Of a stretch of DNA of 64,000 bases, positions 1-10,212 are shown piece after piece (the stretch's first letter is position 1; each line of letters opens with the position of its first letter). Source of the stretch: an uncultured Myxococcales bacterium (GTDB taxonomy: Bacteria; Myxococcota_A; UBA9042; PWKZ01; CAYRCM01). The stretch spans positions 1,894 to 65,893 of the forward strand of contig CAYRCM010000008.1 in assembly GCA_964422715.1 (NCBI GenBank), given 5' to 3'. Below the pieces are notes generated by a model that was not told the origin of the DNA, did no database searches, and saw only the letters and a program-made list of their open reading frames with translations. The translations under genes and the position numbers were made by a program.

Positions 1-593
1 ACGAAGCCACCCTGAAGGCCGCCCTGGCCGAGGTCGAGGCCAGCCTCCAGGCCGAATTCACGGCCGACGCCGAGGCCTGCCGCGCCGAGGTCGCGGCGCG
101 CCGCGGCTTCGCCCTCGATCTCGCCAGTGCGTTCGCATTCCGCTTTCCGGACGGGGAGTTCGATGCGGGCGAGTTCACCTCGGCGGCCGTGTGGCTGGCG
201 CCGGCCTACCTCTGGCGGCAGTTCAGCGTGGTGGGGCTTGTGCGCTATCGCGCCGACCAGGTCGAGGCCGCCCCGGGCCGGCATGTCCTCGACCTCGGCG
301 CGCGCCTGGTCTACGCCATCGACCGCTTCGGCGTGGCGGCCGAGGGCCTCTACCGGCGGCGGCTCGACGCCCACCGAGGCGAAGAGGCCAACCTCTACCG
401 CGCCGACGTGACGTTCGACGTGGCCATCGGCGATGGCTTCTGGTTTGCGGCGACCTTTGGCCGCGCGTTCGAGGGCAGCGACGCAAGCTCGCTCCTGGCC
501 CTCGCCAACCTCAAATTCGATCTCGGACAGCGCCGCATGCTCGTCGGCGGGGCCCCGTCCGGCGGTTTTCCCTCGAATCCCACCGCACCGTAG
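1..593 (+). CDS. Partial (5'-truncated) hypothetical protein; C-terminal part looks like outer-membrane beta-strands
   Basis: Frame of the 189..593 ORF is open back to position 3 (EATLKAALAEVEASLQAEF...). The C-terminus has alternating hydrophobic/aromatic strands (FWFAATFG, LLALANLKFDLG). Confidence 0.6.
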   Translation, partial: EATLKAALAEVEASLQAEFTADAEACRAEVAARRGFALDLASAFAFRFPDGEFDAGEFTSAAVWLAPAYLWRQFSVVGLVRYRADQVEAAPGRHVLDLGARLVYAIDRFGVAAEGLYRRRLDAHRGEEANLYRADVTFDVAIGDGFWFAATFGRAFEGSDASSLLALANLKFDLGQRRMLVGGAPSGGFPSNPTAP

Positions 594-650
594 CGCGCGC
601 TGCCGCCCCGGGGCGCGGACGCCTGCCGACCGACGCGAGACGCGGCCCGC

Positions 651-890
651 CTACGGTTTCTTGCCGTCGAGCCCGGCCAGATGGTCGGCGCAGGCTTCGG
701 TCGGCAACGATTCGTAGGCCTTGAGCCCTTCTTCGCAGGGAGCGCGCTGGGCTTCGGGCAGCGGGTCGCACAGCCGTACCTTGAGGGTCTGCTTGAGGTC
801 TTCGCAGGCATTGCGGCAGCCGGACAGGCCGGCGAGAACGCCGAGCGACAGGAGCAACGCGAAGACGGCGCAGGTCGTTCGTCGGGTCAC
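651..890 (-). CDS. Small (79 aa) predicted lipoprotein with 4 additional Cys
   Basis: GTG at 890 preceded by AAGGAGG; GTGA overlap with the stop of the upstream gene (887-889). Signal MTRRTTCAVFALLLSLGVLAGLSG-C has a lipobox. Confidence 0.75.
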   Translation of the reverse strand: MTRRTTCAVFALLLSLGVLAGLSGCRNACEDLKQTLKVRLCDPLPEAQRAPCEEGLKAYESLPTEACADHLAGLDGKKP

Positions 891-3652
891 GGGCAGGTCC
901 TCCTTGGTCGGGGTACGGCGCGGCGCCGGGCGCGGCGGCCGTCGGGGCGGTCCTCGGGGAGCGGCGGGGGCGCGGCGCAGTCGGTTGGACAGGCGGCCGG
1001 GCTCTCGCCGCCGGGGGCATCGCAGCGGCCGTCCCCGCAGCCGGCCTCGTCGCACACAGGCGCGCACTCGGGCGCGCGGCATTCCCAGTGGCCGGGGCAA
1101 TCGGCCGTCCAGGTGGCCGGCAGGCAGTCTTCGACAACCTGACACCGAACGAGGCAGTCGGCCGCGCACGACGCGCCCGTCTCACCCTCGTCCGGGTTGC
1201 AGGTGCCGTCGCCGCAGGCCTGGGCGTCGCACACCGCCGCACACAGCGAAGCGGTGCAGGCCCAATGGCCCGCGCACCAGAGCGACCACGGCAGCGCCAG
1301 GCATTCGCGGGGCCCCCCGCAGGCAACGGCGCAGTCGGCCGGACACGAGGCGCTCGTCTCGCCGTAGGCCGTGTCGCAGACCCCGTCGCCGCAGGCGGCC
1401 GGCGTGCAGTGCGGTGTGCAGTAGCCGAGGTCGCACGACCAGGCCCCGCCGCATTCGAGCGGCCACGGCAGGCCGATGCAGTCGGGCGTCCAGACGCAAT
1501 TCGCCGTGCAGTCGGCGGGGCAACTGAGCGGCGCTTCGCCGGCGTCGCTCTGGCAGATGCCGTCGCCGCAGCCCACCACGTCGCACACGGCCTCGCAGTC
1601 GCCCGTCGGGCATGCCCAGCGACCCGTGCACGGCAGCCGCCACGGCTCGCCGAGACAGTCGCCGAGCCCGGCGGGGCACGGGATGCGGCAGTCGGCCGGA
1701 CACGCCGCGGGGGTCTCGCCGGCCGGCTCGTCGCACAGCCCGTCGCCGCAATGGGCAGCGTCGCAGCTCGCGCGGCACTCGCCGTCGCGGCACTGCCAGG
1801 CCCCGTCGCACCCGGCGTACCAGAGGTTGCCGGCACAGTCGGCGGCGCCGGTGCAGGGGGCGGCGCAGTCGGGCGGGCAACTCGCGGCCGTTTCGCCCGC
1901 GGCGGCGTCGCAGTTGCCGTCGCCGCACGCGTCGAGCTCGCAGTGCGCGGCACAGCGAGACGCCGTGCATTCCCAGTGCCCCGGGCAGGCCACACGCCAC
2001 GCCTGGGGCAGGCAGTCGGCGGGCGTTTCGCAGAGGGCGCCGCAGTCGGAGGCGCACGAGGCAACGCTCTCGCCAAGCGCCGCCTCGCAGCGGCCGTTGC
2101 CGCAACTCCCGTCCGTGCAATTGGGCGTGCAGCCGAGCCCGCTCGGGCAGTCCCAACGGCCGCCGCACGACTCGGTCCACGGCAGCAGCAGGCAGTCGCT
2201 CGGCGCGGTGCAGCGGGCGCCGCAGTCGCGCGGGCAGCTGCCGGCCGACTCGCCGGCGGCCCCGGCGCAGGTGCCGTCGCCGCAGTCGTCGAACTCGCAC
2301 AGCGGCACGCAGCCGGCGTCCTCGCAGGCCCAGTGGCCGGTGCAGAACAGCGGCCAGTTGAGCATGACGCAGCCTTCGGGGCCCGTGCACTGCGGCATGC
2401 AGTCGGCCGGGCAACTTTGCAGCGACTCGCCCACCGCCGCCGTGCAGACCCCGTCGCCGCATGCGGCGCTGTCGCAGACCGCGGCGCAGCGCGCGCCCAC
2501 GCACGCGAAGTGTCCGGGGCAGTCGTGGCCCCAGGGCAGGGTGAGGCAGCCGGCCGCGTCGGTCGTGCAGCCGGGGTGACAGTCGCCGGGACAGCTGCCA
2601 CCGTCTTCGCCCGCCGCGGCGGTGCAAACCCCGTCGCCGCAGCCCGGCGCCTTGCACTGCGGCTGGCAGCGCCCGCTCTGGCACTGCCAGGTGCCCTGGC
2701 ACTGGGCGCCCCACGGCAGGCCTGCGCAGTCGCCGGCTTGCGCACACGGCGGCGCGCAGTCGCGCGCGCAGCTCACGGTGGACTCGCCGCCGAGCACGTC
2801 GCAGGTGCCGTCGCCGCAGGCGACGAATTCGCAACTCGGCGTGCACAGGCCGGCGAGGCAAGCCCAACGCCCGCCGCAGCGGACGGGCCACGGGCGGTCG
2901 AGGCAGTCGCTCGGCTCCCGGCACGGGGAGGCGCAGTCGAGCGGACAGCTCATGGCCGTTTCGCCCGCCGCGCACGCGCCGTCGCCGCAAGCCGTGGCGT
3001 CGCAGACCGGGGCGCAGCTGCCGGCCGGGCAGTCCCAATGGCCGCCGCAGGTGAGCGTCCAGGCGTAGCCACCGCAGTCGACGCCGGCGCTGCAGGGCGC
3101 ATTGCAGTCGGCCGCACAGGACGAAGCCGACTCGCCGCCGGGGCCGTCGCACACCCCGTCGCCACAGCCGGCGGGGTTGCACTGGCCGTCGCAGTACCCG
3201 CCGGTGCACGTCCAGAATCCGGGGCAGGCGTCGCCCCACGGCAGCAACGCGCACGCACTCGCCGCGTCGCACTGCGGCGCGCACACGGGGACGCAGACGC
3301 CGGCATCGCACTGCCAGTCGCCGGGACAGGGGGCCACCCACGGCACGGCGGCGCAGTCGAGCGGGGTCGCGCATTGGGGCGCCGGCGTGTCGGTGCCGCC
3401 GGTCGTGTCGGTCGGCGGAGGGGGATTGGGGGTGTCGGTCGGCGGAGGGCGCGGCGTGTCGCCGCCGCCCACCCCATCGCCCGGGGCCGCATCGCCGTCG
3501 GCGAGGCTGATACCGTCGCCCGCGTCGGGCAGCACGCGGCTCTTGCCGCAGCCCACGGACGCAAGCGCCGGCACGAGCGCAAGCCCCAACAAGAGGAGCG
3601 CCGCCCGGCGGCCGGACGCGCCGCGGCCGCGGGCCGGAACGTGCATGCGCAT
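887..3652 (-). CDS. Large Cys-rich tandem-repeat lipoprotein (~921 aa)
   Basis: GGAGG 6 nt before ATG 3652. Hydrophobic signal with lipobox (LASVG-C), Pro/Asp/Thr linker, then 13 units of a 6-Cys Trp-containing module plus a 4-Cys CGDG.C...GE....C..DC module (myxobacterial Cys-rich repeat type). Confidence 0.85.
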   Translation of the reverse strand: MRMHVPARGRGASGRRAALLLLGLALVPALASVGCGKSRVLPDAGDGISLADGDAAPGDGVGGGDTPRPPPTDTPNPPPPTDTTGGTDTPAPQCATPLDCAAVPWVAPCPGDWQCDAGVCVPVCAPQCDAASACALLPWGDACPGFWTCTGGYCDGQCNPAGCGDGVCDGPGGESASSCAADCNAPCSAGVDCGGYAWTLTCGGHWDCPAGSCAPVCDATACGDGACAAGETAMSCPLDCASPCREPSDCLDRPWPVRCGGRWACLAGLCTPSCEFVACGDGTCDVLGGESTVSCARDCAPPCAQAGDCAGLPWGAQCQGTWQCQSGRCQPQCKAPGCGDGVCTAAAGEDGGSCPGDCHPGCTTDAAGCLTLPWGHDCPGHFACVGARCAAVCDSAACGDGVCTAAVGESLQSCPADCMPQCTGPEGCVMLNWPLFCTGHWACEDAGCVPLCEFDDCGDGTCAGAAGESAGSCPRDCGARCTAPSDCLLLPWTESCGGRWDCPSGLGCTPNCTDGSCGNGRCEAALGESVASCASDCGALCETPADCLPQAWRVACPGHWECTASRCAAHCELDACGDGNCDAAAGETAASCPPDCAAPCTGAADCAGNLWYAGCDGAWQCRDGECRASCDAAHCGDGLCDEPAGETPAACPADCRIPCPAGLGDCLGEPWRLPCTGRWACPTGDCEAVCDVVGCGDGICQSDAGEAPLSCPADCTANCVWTPDCIGLPWPLECGGAWSCDLGYCTPHCTPAACGDGVCDTAYGETSASCPADCAVACGGPRECLALPWSLWCAGHWACTASLCAAVCDAQACGDGTCNPDEGETGASCAADCLVRCQVVEDCLPATWTADCPGHWECRAPECAPVCDEAGCGDGRCDAPGGESPAACPTDCAAPPPLPEDRPDGRRARRRAVPRPRRTCP
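977..3373 (-). repeat. Coding tandem repeat, ~59-aa (~177-bp) period, 13 full units plus one extra Trp module
   Basis: Counted 13 CG(D/N)G motifs and 14 C-x5/6-C-xxxxW-xxx-C-xGx(W/F)-x-C modules in the translation. Confidence 0.85.
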
Positions 3653-3702
3653 CGACATCCTCCGCGCGCGGCCGGGGAGCGGAGCGCCGCGCGAACGGCG
3701 GG

Positions 3703-3731
3703 ATTCTAGTGCAGTGTGACGCAATTGGCAC
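3703..3731 (-). promoter_or_regulatory. Candidate promoter(s) for the Cys-rich lipoprotein: sigma70-like -10 TAGAAT (3708-3703), overlapping a sigma54-like element
   Basis: Minus strand reads GTGCCA-N17-TAGAAT. CGGCGTGCCAATTGC (3735-3721) fits GG-N10-GC. Confidence 0.4.
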
Positions 3732-3778
3732 GCCGGCGGCGGTCCCGGCGGCGGCCGACAGGGGGCGCGGCGCCGGGC

Positions 3779-4951
3779 TCACCCGGGGGTGGGCGCCGGC
3801 GGGGCAGGCGGCAGGGCCGCGACGAGCCGGTCGACTTTCGAGAGCGGCAGGGCCGCGAGCTCGGCGGGGGCCACGAAGCGCAGCGCGGGGGCCCCGGCGG
3901 GGGGCGCGCCGGTTGGGGCAGCGAGCACGGCGTCGAAGACGGCCACCGTGGTGCGGAAGTGCGTGTAGGCGTGGCGCACGCTGCCCGCGGGGCGGGGGGC
4001 GGCGAGCACCAGGCCGAGAACCGCCTCGACCGTGCGGGCGAGCGTGGCCCACGGCGGCTCGGCGGGCCCGAGCGGCGCCCCCGCCGGAAATGCCCAGAGC
4101 CCGCCGAGCAGCCCGCGGGCCGGCCGCTGCACGAGCAGCCAGCGGCCCGCGTCGTCGGCGATGCGCACCGCCACGGCCGGCCGGTGCGGCACGGGGCCCG
4201 CGCGCCGCCGCACCGGCACCGCGGCGACGCTGCCGCTTTGAAGCGCCCGGCATGGGCCGGCGAGCGGACAGGCGGGACAGCGCGGGCGGCGCGGCGTGCA
4301 CACCGTCGCGCCGAGGTCCATGACGGCCTGGTTGAGCCGCCCGGGCTCACCGGCCGCCAGCACGAGCGCCGTTGCGCGGGCCACGACGGCGCGCTGGCCG
4401 GCCGGGGCGTCGACGCAGGCGGCGATGGCGTAGACGCGGGCGAGCACGCGCCGCACGTTGCCGTCGACCGCCGGAACGCGCTCGGCGAACGCGATGCTGG
4501 CGATGGCCCCGGCCGTGTACTCGCCGATGCCCGGCACGGCCCGCAGCGCAGCCGCCGTCGCGGGCAACTGCCCGCCGCAGTGCGCCACCACGTGGGCCGC
4601 GCCGCGCCAGAGGTTGCGCGCGCGCGAGTAGTAGCCCAGGTTCTCCCAGGCTTTGAGGACGCTTTCGAGCGGCGCCGCGGCCAGGCTCGCGACGTCGGGA
4701 AACCGCTGCAGAAACCGCTCGTAGTACGGCACCACCGTCTCGACGCGGGTCTGCTGCAGCATGGTTTCGGACACCCAGATGGCGTACGGGTCGCGGGTGC
4801 GCCGCCAAGGCAGCTCGCGGCCGTGCGCGGCGTAGTGCGCCTCGAGGGCGTGCGCGACCTCGGCCGCGGGCGGGCCCGCGGCGGCGCTCACCGCGGGAGG
4901 CGCGGCGCGCGGTCGGCGACGGGACGGCGGCGCGGCGGGGGGAACGGCCAT
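3779..4951 (-). CDS. mutY: A/G-specific adenine glycosylase MutY
   Basis: WVSETMLQQT, LGYYSRARNL, HhH PGIGEYTA, VDGNVRRV, 4Fe-4S CTPRRPRCPACPLAGPC, C-terminal NUDIX-like domain (GGLWAFP, HAYTHF). Confidence 0.95.
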   Translation of the reverse strand: MAVPPAAPPSRRRPRAAPPAVSAAAGPPAAEVAHALEAHYAAHGRELPWRRTRDPYAIWVSETMLQQTRVETVVPYYERFLQRFPDVASLAAAPLESVLKAWENLGYYSRARNLWRGAAHVVAHCGGQLPATAAALRAVPGIGEYTAGAIASIAFAERVPAVDGNVRRVLARVYAIAACVDAPAGQRAVVARATALVLAAGEPGRLNQAVMDLGATVCTPRRPRCPACPLAGPCRALQSGSVAAVPVRRRAGPVPHRPAVAVRIADDAGRWLLVQRPARGLLGGLWAFPAGAPLGPAEPPWATLARTVEAVLGLVLAAPRPAGSVRHAYTHFRTTVAVFDAVLAAPTGAPPAGAPALRFVAPAELAALPLSKVDRLVAALPPAPPAPTPG

Positions 4952-4960
4952 GCGCGACGG

Positions 4961-6592
4961 TCAGGCGCCCTGCATGTGCGGGTAGCGCCAGTCGTGGGGG
5001 GGCGAAAACGTCTCCTTGATGACCCGCGGCGACGTCCAGCGGACGAGATTCAGCACGGAGCCGGCCTTGTCGTTCGTGCCCGACGCGCGCCCGCCGCCAA
5101 ACGGCTGCTGGCCGACGACGGCGCCGGTGGGCTTGTCGTTGATGTAGAAGTTGCCCGCGGCGTGGCGCAGCGCGGCCTCGGCCTGCAAGATGGCCTGCCG
5201 GTCGCGGGCGAAGATGGCGCCCGTGAGCCCGTAGGGCGAGCCCGCGTCGCACAATTGGAGGGCCTCGGCGTACCGCTCGTCGGGGTAGACGAACACCGTC
5301 AGCACGGGGCCGAAGATCTCTTCGACCATGAGCCGTTGCCGCGGGTTGTCGGTCAGGACGAGCGTCGGCGCGATGAAGTAGCCCTGGCCGTCGTCGCAGC
5401 GCCCGCCGGCCAGTATGCGGCAGTCGGGCGCGGCCTTGGCGTGTTCGATGTAGCCGCGGTGGCTCTCGAAGGCGCCGCGGTCGATGACGGCCCCCATGAA
5501 GTGGCGGAAATCGGTCGGGTCGCCCATCGGCAAGGCGCGGATGTCGGCGACGAGCGCGTCTTCGATGCGCCGCCAGAGCGACTGCGGGATGTAGGCGCGC
5601 GAGGCCGCCGAGCACTTCTGCCCCTGGTATTCGAAGGCGCCGCGGACGAGCGCCACACGCAGCGCGTCGGGGTCGGCCGACGGGTGCGCCACGACGAAGT
5701 CCTTGCCGCCGGTCTCGCCGACGAGCCGCGGATAGTTGCGGTAGCGTGCGATGTTCGCCCCGACCGTGGCCCACATGCGCTGGAACACGGCCGTGCTGCC
5801 GGTGAAGTGCACGCCGGCGAGTTCGGGCTCGGCGAGCACGGGGTCGCCGACGGCGCCGCCCGGGCCCGGCACGAAGTTGATGACGCCGGGCGGCAGGCCC
5901 GCCGCTTCGAGCAGTTCGAGGAACACGGCGGCCGGGAGGACGGCCGACGAGGCCGGCTTCCAGACAACCGTGTTGCCGAGCATGGCCGGGGCCGTCGGCA
6001 GGTTGCCGGCGATGGACACGAAGTTGAACGGGGTCACAGCGAAGACGAAGCCGTCGAGCGGCCGGTAGTCGAGGCGGTTCCAGGTGCCCGGAGCGTTCGC
6101 CTCGGGCTGTTCGGCGAAAAGCCGGGTGACGTAGGCGGCATTGAAGCGCAGGAAGTCGGTCAGCTCGCAGGCGGCGTCGATCTCGGCCTGGAACGGCGTC
6201 TTGCTGAGCGCCAGGATGGCGGCGGCATTCAACGTGTCGCGGTAGCGGCCGGCGAGCAGGTCGGCGGCTTTGAGAAACACCGCGAGCCGCGCCGGCCACG
6301 GCATGGCCGCCCACTCGGCGCGGGCTGCCCCGGCCGCCTGCACAGCCGCCGCGGCCTCGGCGGCGCCGGCCTGGTGGTAGTGGGCGAGCACGTGCCGGTG
6401 GTCGTGGGGGCAGACCGCGCGCCCGAGCACGCCGGTGCGCACCGCCTGCCCGCCGATGCGCAGCGGGATCTCGCGCACCTCGCCGCTGAGCCGTTCGATT
6501 TCGCGTTGGAGCGCGGCGGTCTCGGGGCTGCCGGGGGCGTATTGGCGCACGGGTTCGTTCGTCGGGGCGGGAACGCGCACGATGCCATCCAT
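4961..6592 (-). CDS. pruA: L-glutamate gamma-semialdehyde (P5C) dehydrogenase, 543 aa
   Basis: GGAGG before ATG 6592; PTNEPVRQYAPGS, PFNF, FTGST, ETGGKDF, FEYQGQKCSA (catalytic Cys), EEIFGP, GNFYINDKPTGAVVGQQPFGG. Confidence 0.92.
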   Translation of the reverse strand: MDGIVRVPAPTNEPVRQYAPGSPETAALQREIERLSGEVREIPLRIGGQAVRTGVLGRAVCPHDHRHVLAHYHQAGAAEAAAAVQAAGAARAEWAAMPWPARLAVFLKAADLLAGRYRDTLNAAAILALSKTPFQAEIDAACELTDFLRFNAAYVTRLFAEQPEANAPGTWNRLDYRPLDGFVFAVTPFNFVSIAGNLPTAPAMLGNTVVWKPASSAVLPAAVFLELLEAAGLPPGVINFVPGPGGAVGDPVLAEPELAGVHFTGSTAVFQRMWATVGANIARYRNYPRLVGETGGKDFVVAHPSADPDALRVALVRGAFEYQGQKCSAASRAYIPQSLWRRIEDALVADIRALPMGDPTDFRHFMGAVIDRGAFESHRGYIEHAKAAPDCRILAGGRCDDGQGYFIAPTLVLTDNPRQRLMVEEIFGPVLTVFVYPDERYAEALQLCDAGSPYGLTGAIFARDRQAILQAEAALRHAAGNFYINDKPTGAVVGQQPFGGGRASGTNDKAGSVLNLVRWTSPRVIKETFSPPHDWRYPHMQGA

Positions 6593-6722
6593 GCCGAATC
6601 CTCCGGGAAAAAAGGCGCCGGGGCGCACGTGACAGGGCGCAAAAGACGGCCCCACCGTACGCCGCTTCGCCCCGGGAGGCAACCGCGGAGCGCGGCCCGT
6701 GGAAAGGACGGTTTTGCAGCGC

Positions 6723-6751
6723 TTGACACTCAGGAACCGGCGTGCTACGCA
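6723..6751 (+). promoter_or_regulatory. Candidate sigma70 promoter for acs
   Basis: TTGACA(6723-6728)-N17-TACGCA with extended TG; the -10 is imperfect. Confidence 0.45.
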
Positions 6752-6912
6752 AATCCGCCGATTGGCGCGGCGCGTCACAAAGGACGCCCCGCCAAGCCCA
6801 TGCACCGCGCAGAAAAGGTTCCGTTGACTTGGGCGGCCCGCCGTTGCGGCGTGGCCGCCTCGGACCCCTGGCCACGCTTCGTGAGCCCGATTCGGCGCAG
6901 AGGAGATGCAGG

Positions 6913-8904
<1,992 letters not shown>

Positions 8905-9015
8905 TTCGCGCCGGCGCCGGGCCGGGCCCCCGCGGGCTCGGCCCGGGGCTCCGCACCCCGACCCGTCCCCCAAAACCGACGTCCAGCTTGGCGGCGGCGG
9001 CATTTCGACGCGCCG

Positions 9016-9024
9016 TGTTATACT
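9016..9024 (+). promoter_or_regulatory. Extended -10 promoter (TGnTATACT) upstream of the deacetylase gene
   Basis: TGTTATACT, rare in this GC-rich context, 55 bp before ATG 9079. Confidence 0.5.
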
Positions 9025-9078
9025 GCGGCCCGCGCGCGACCGCCGCTCCGGGCGGCCGGCGGCTTTGCGGGAGGGCCC

Positions 9079-10212
9079 ATGGACGGCGCTGCTTTCCTCT
9101 ACTCCGACGAACTCGCGCGCTTCCAGTACGGCGACGACCATCCGTTCAAGCCCATGCGGGCACGCAACACACTCGAACTCTGCACGCGCTACGGGCTCAT
9201 GCACGGACGCGGCATCGCGCAGATCGACCCCCCGCCCGTAGGGAGCGACGTCTTTGCCGAGTTCCACACGCCCGACTACCTCGACGCCCTGCGGCGGGCA
9301 TCGAACGGCGAGCCCGACTTGTCGGTCTTGGGCTTTGGTCTCGGCACCGAAGACTGCCCCATCGTGCCGGGGCTGGTCGGCTTCAACGAGCGCGCCATCG
9401 GCGCCACGTTGCACGGGGTCGAGCTCGTGCTCGCGGGCAAGGTCGGGCGCGCCTTCAACCTCGTTGGCGGCTTCCACCACGCCTTCCGCGACCACGCCGA
9501 GGGCTTCTGCTACATCAACGATGTCGGCATCGCGGTGCAGCGCGTCGTGGCAGCCGGTCTACGGGTGGCGTTCATCGACATCGACGCCCACCACTGCAAC
9601 GGCGTCCAGGACGCGTTCTACGACGACGACCGCGTGCTCGTCGTCTCGCTGCACGAGTCGGGAGCCTCCCTCTATCCGTTCGGCGGCACCGAGAACGAAA
9701 TCGGCCGCGGCCGCGGCCGCGGCTTCAACGTCAACGTGCCGGTGCTCGAACAGACCGACGACGAAGTGTACGTCGACGTCTTCCGGCAGATCGTCCCGCC
9801 GCTGCTCACGGCCTACGCGCCCGACCTCGTCATCGCCGAAATCGGCGCCGACACCATGATTTCCGATCCGCTCACGCACTTGCGGCTCACGAACCGCGGC
9901 TACCATCAGGTGCTGCGCGACCTCTGCGCGCTCGCGCCGCGGCTCGTGTGCGTGGGCGGCGGCGGCTACGACGTCTACCGCACCGCGCGTTGCTGGACGC
10001 TCGCGTGGTCGGCCATGTGCGGCATCGAACCCGAGGACAGCTACGCCGGGCTCGTCGGCGGCATGCTGTACGGCGGCGGCGCCGAAGACCTCTACGACCC
10101 CCCCATCGTCACGCGCGGCGAGGCGAAGGAGCGCGCCCGCAAGCACGCCGAACGCATCGTGGCCGCCGTGCAGAATGCGGTGTTCCCGCTCATCGGAGCG
10201 CGCCGGCCGTGA
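9079..10212 (+). CDS. acuC: Zn-dependent (HDAC class I/AcuC-like) protein deacetylase
   Basis: GGFHHA, GFCYIND, DIDAHH(C)NG, SLHESG, GADTMISDPL, GGGGY catalytic Tyr. Confidence 0.85.
   Translation: MDGAAFLYSDELARFQYGDDHPFKPMRARNTLELCTRYGLMHGRGIAQIDPPPVGSDVFAEFHTPDYLDALRRASNGEPDLSVLGFGLGTEDCPIVPGLVGFNERAIGATLHGVELVLAGKVGRAFNLVGGFHHAFRDHAEGFCYINDVGIAVQRVVAAGLRVAFIDIDAHHCNGVQDAFYDDDRVLVVSLHESGASLYPFGGTENEIGRGRGRGFNVNVPVLEQTDDEVYVDVFRQIVPPLLTAYAPDLVIAEIGADTMISDPLTHLRLTNRGYHQVLRDLCALAPRLVCVGGGGYDVYRTARCWTLAWSAMCGIEPEDSYAGLVGGMLYGGGAEDLYDPPIVTRGEAKERARKHAERIVAAVQNAVFPLIGARRP

Noticed and set aside
3705-3716. 12-mer TCTAGTGCAGTG matching the reverse complement at 15671-15682
   Set aside because: The copies have opposite orientation relative to their downstream genes, one includes a stop codon, and a 12-bp match is expected by chance in 64 kb.
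6700-6720. TTGC-containing sites upstream of acs, acuC, the DUF4398-like gene and the giant TPR gene as sigma54 promoters
   Set aside because: GG is not at the required 10-nt distance from GC in any of them.
8905-8950. GC hairpin (CCGGGCC/GGCCCGG) after acs as an intrinsic terminator
   Set aside because: No U-tract; such stems arise readily in GC-rich DNA.
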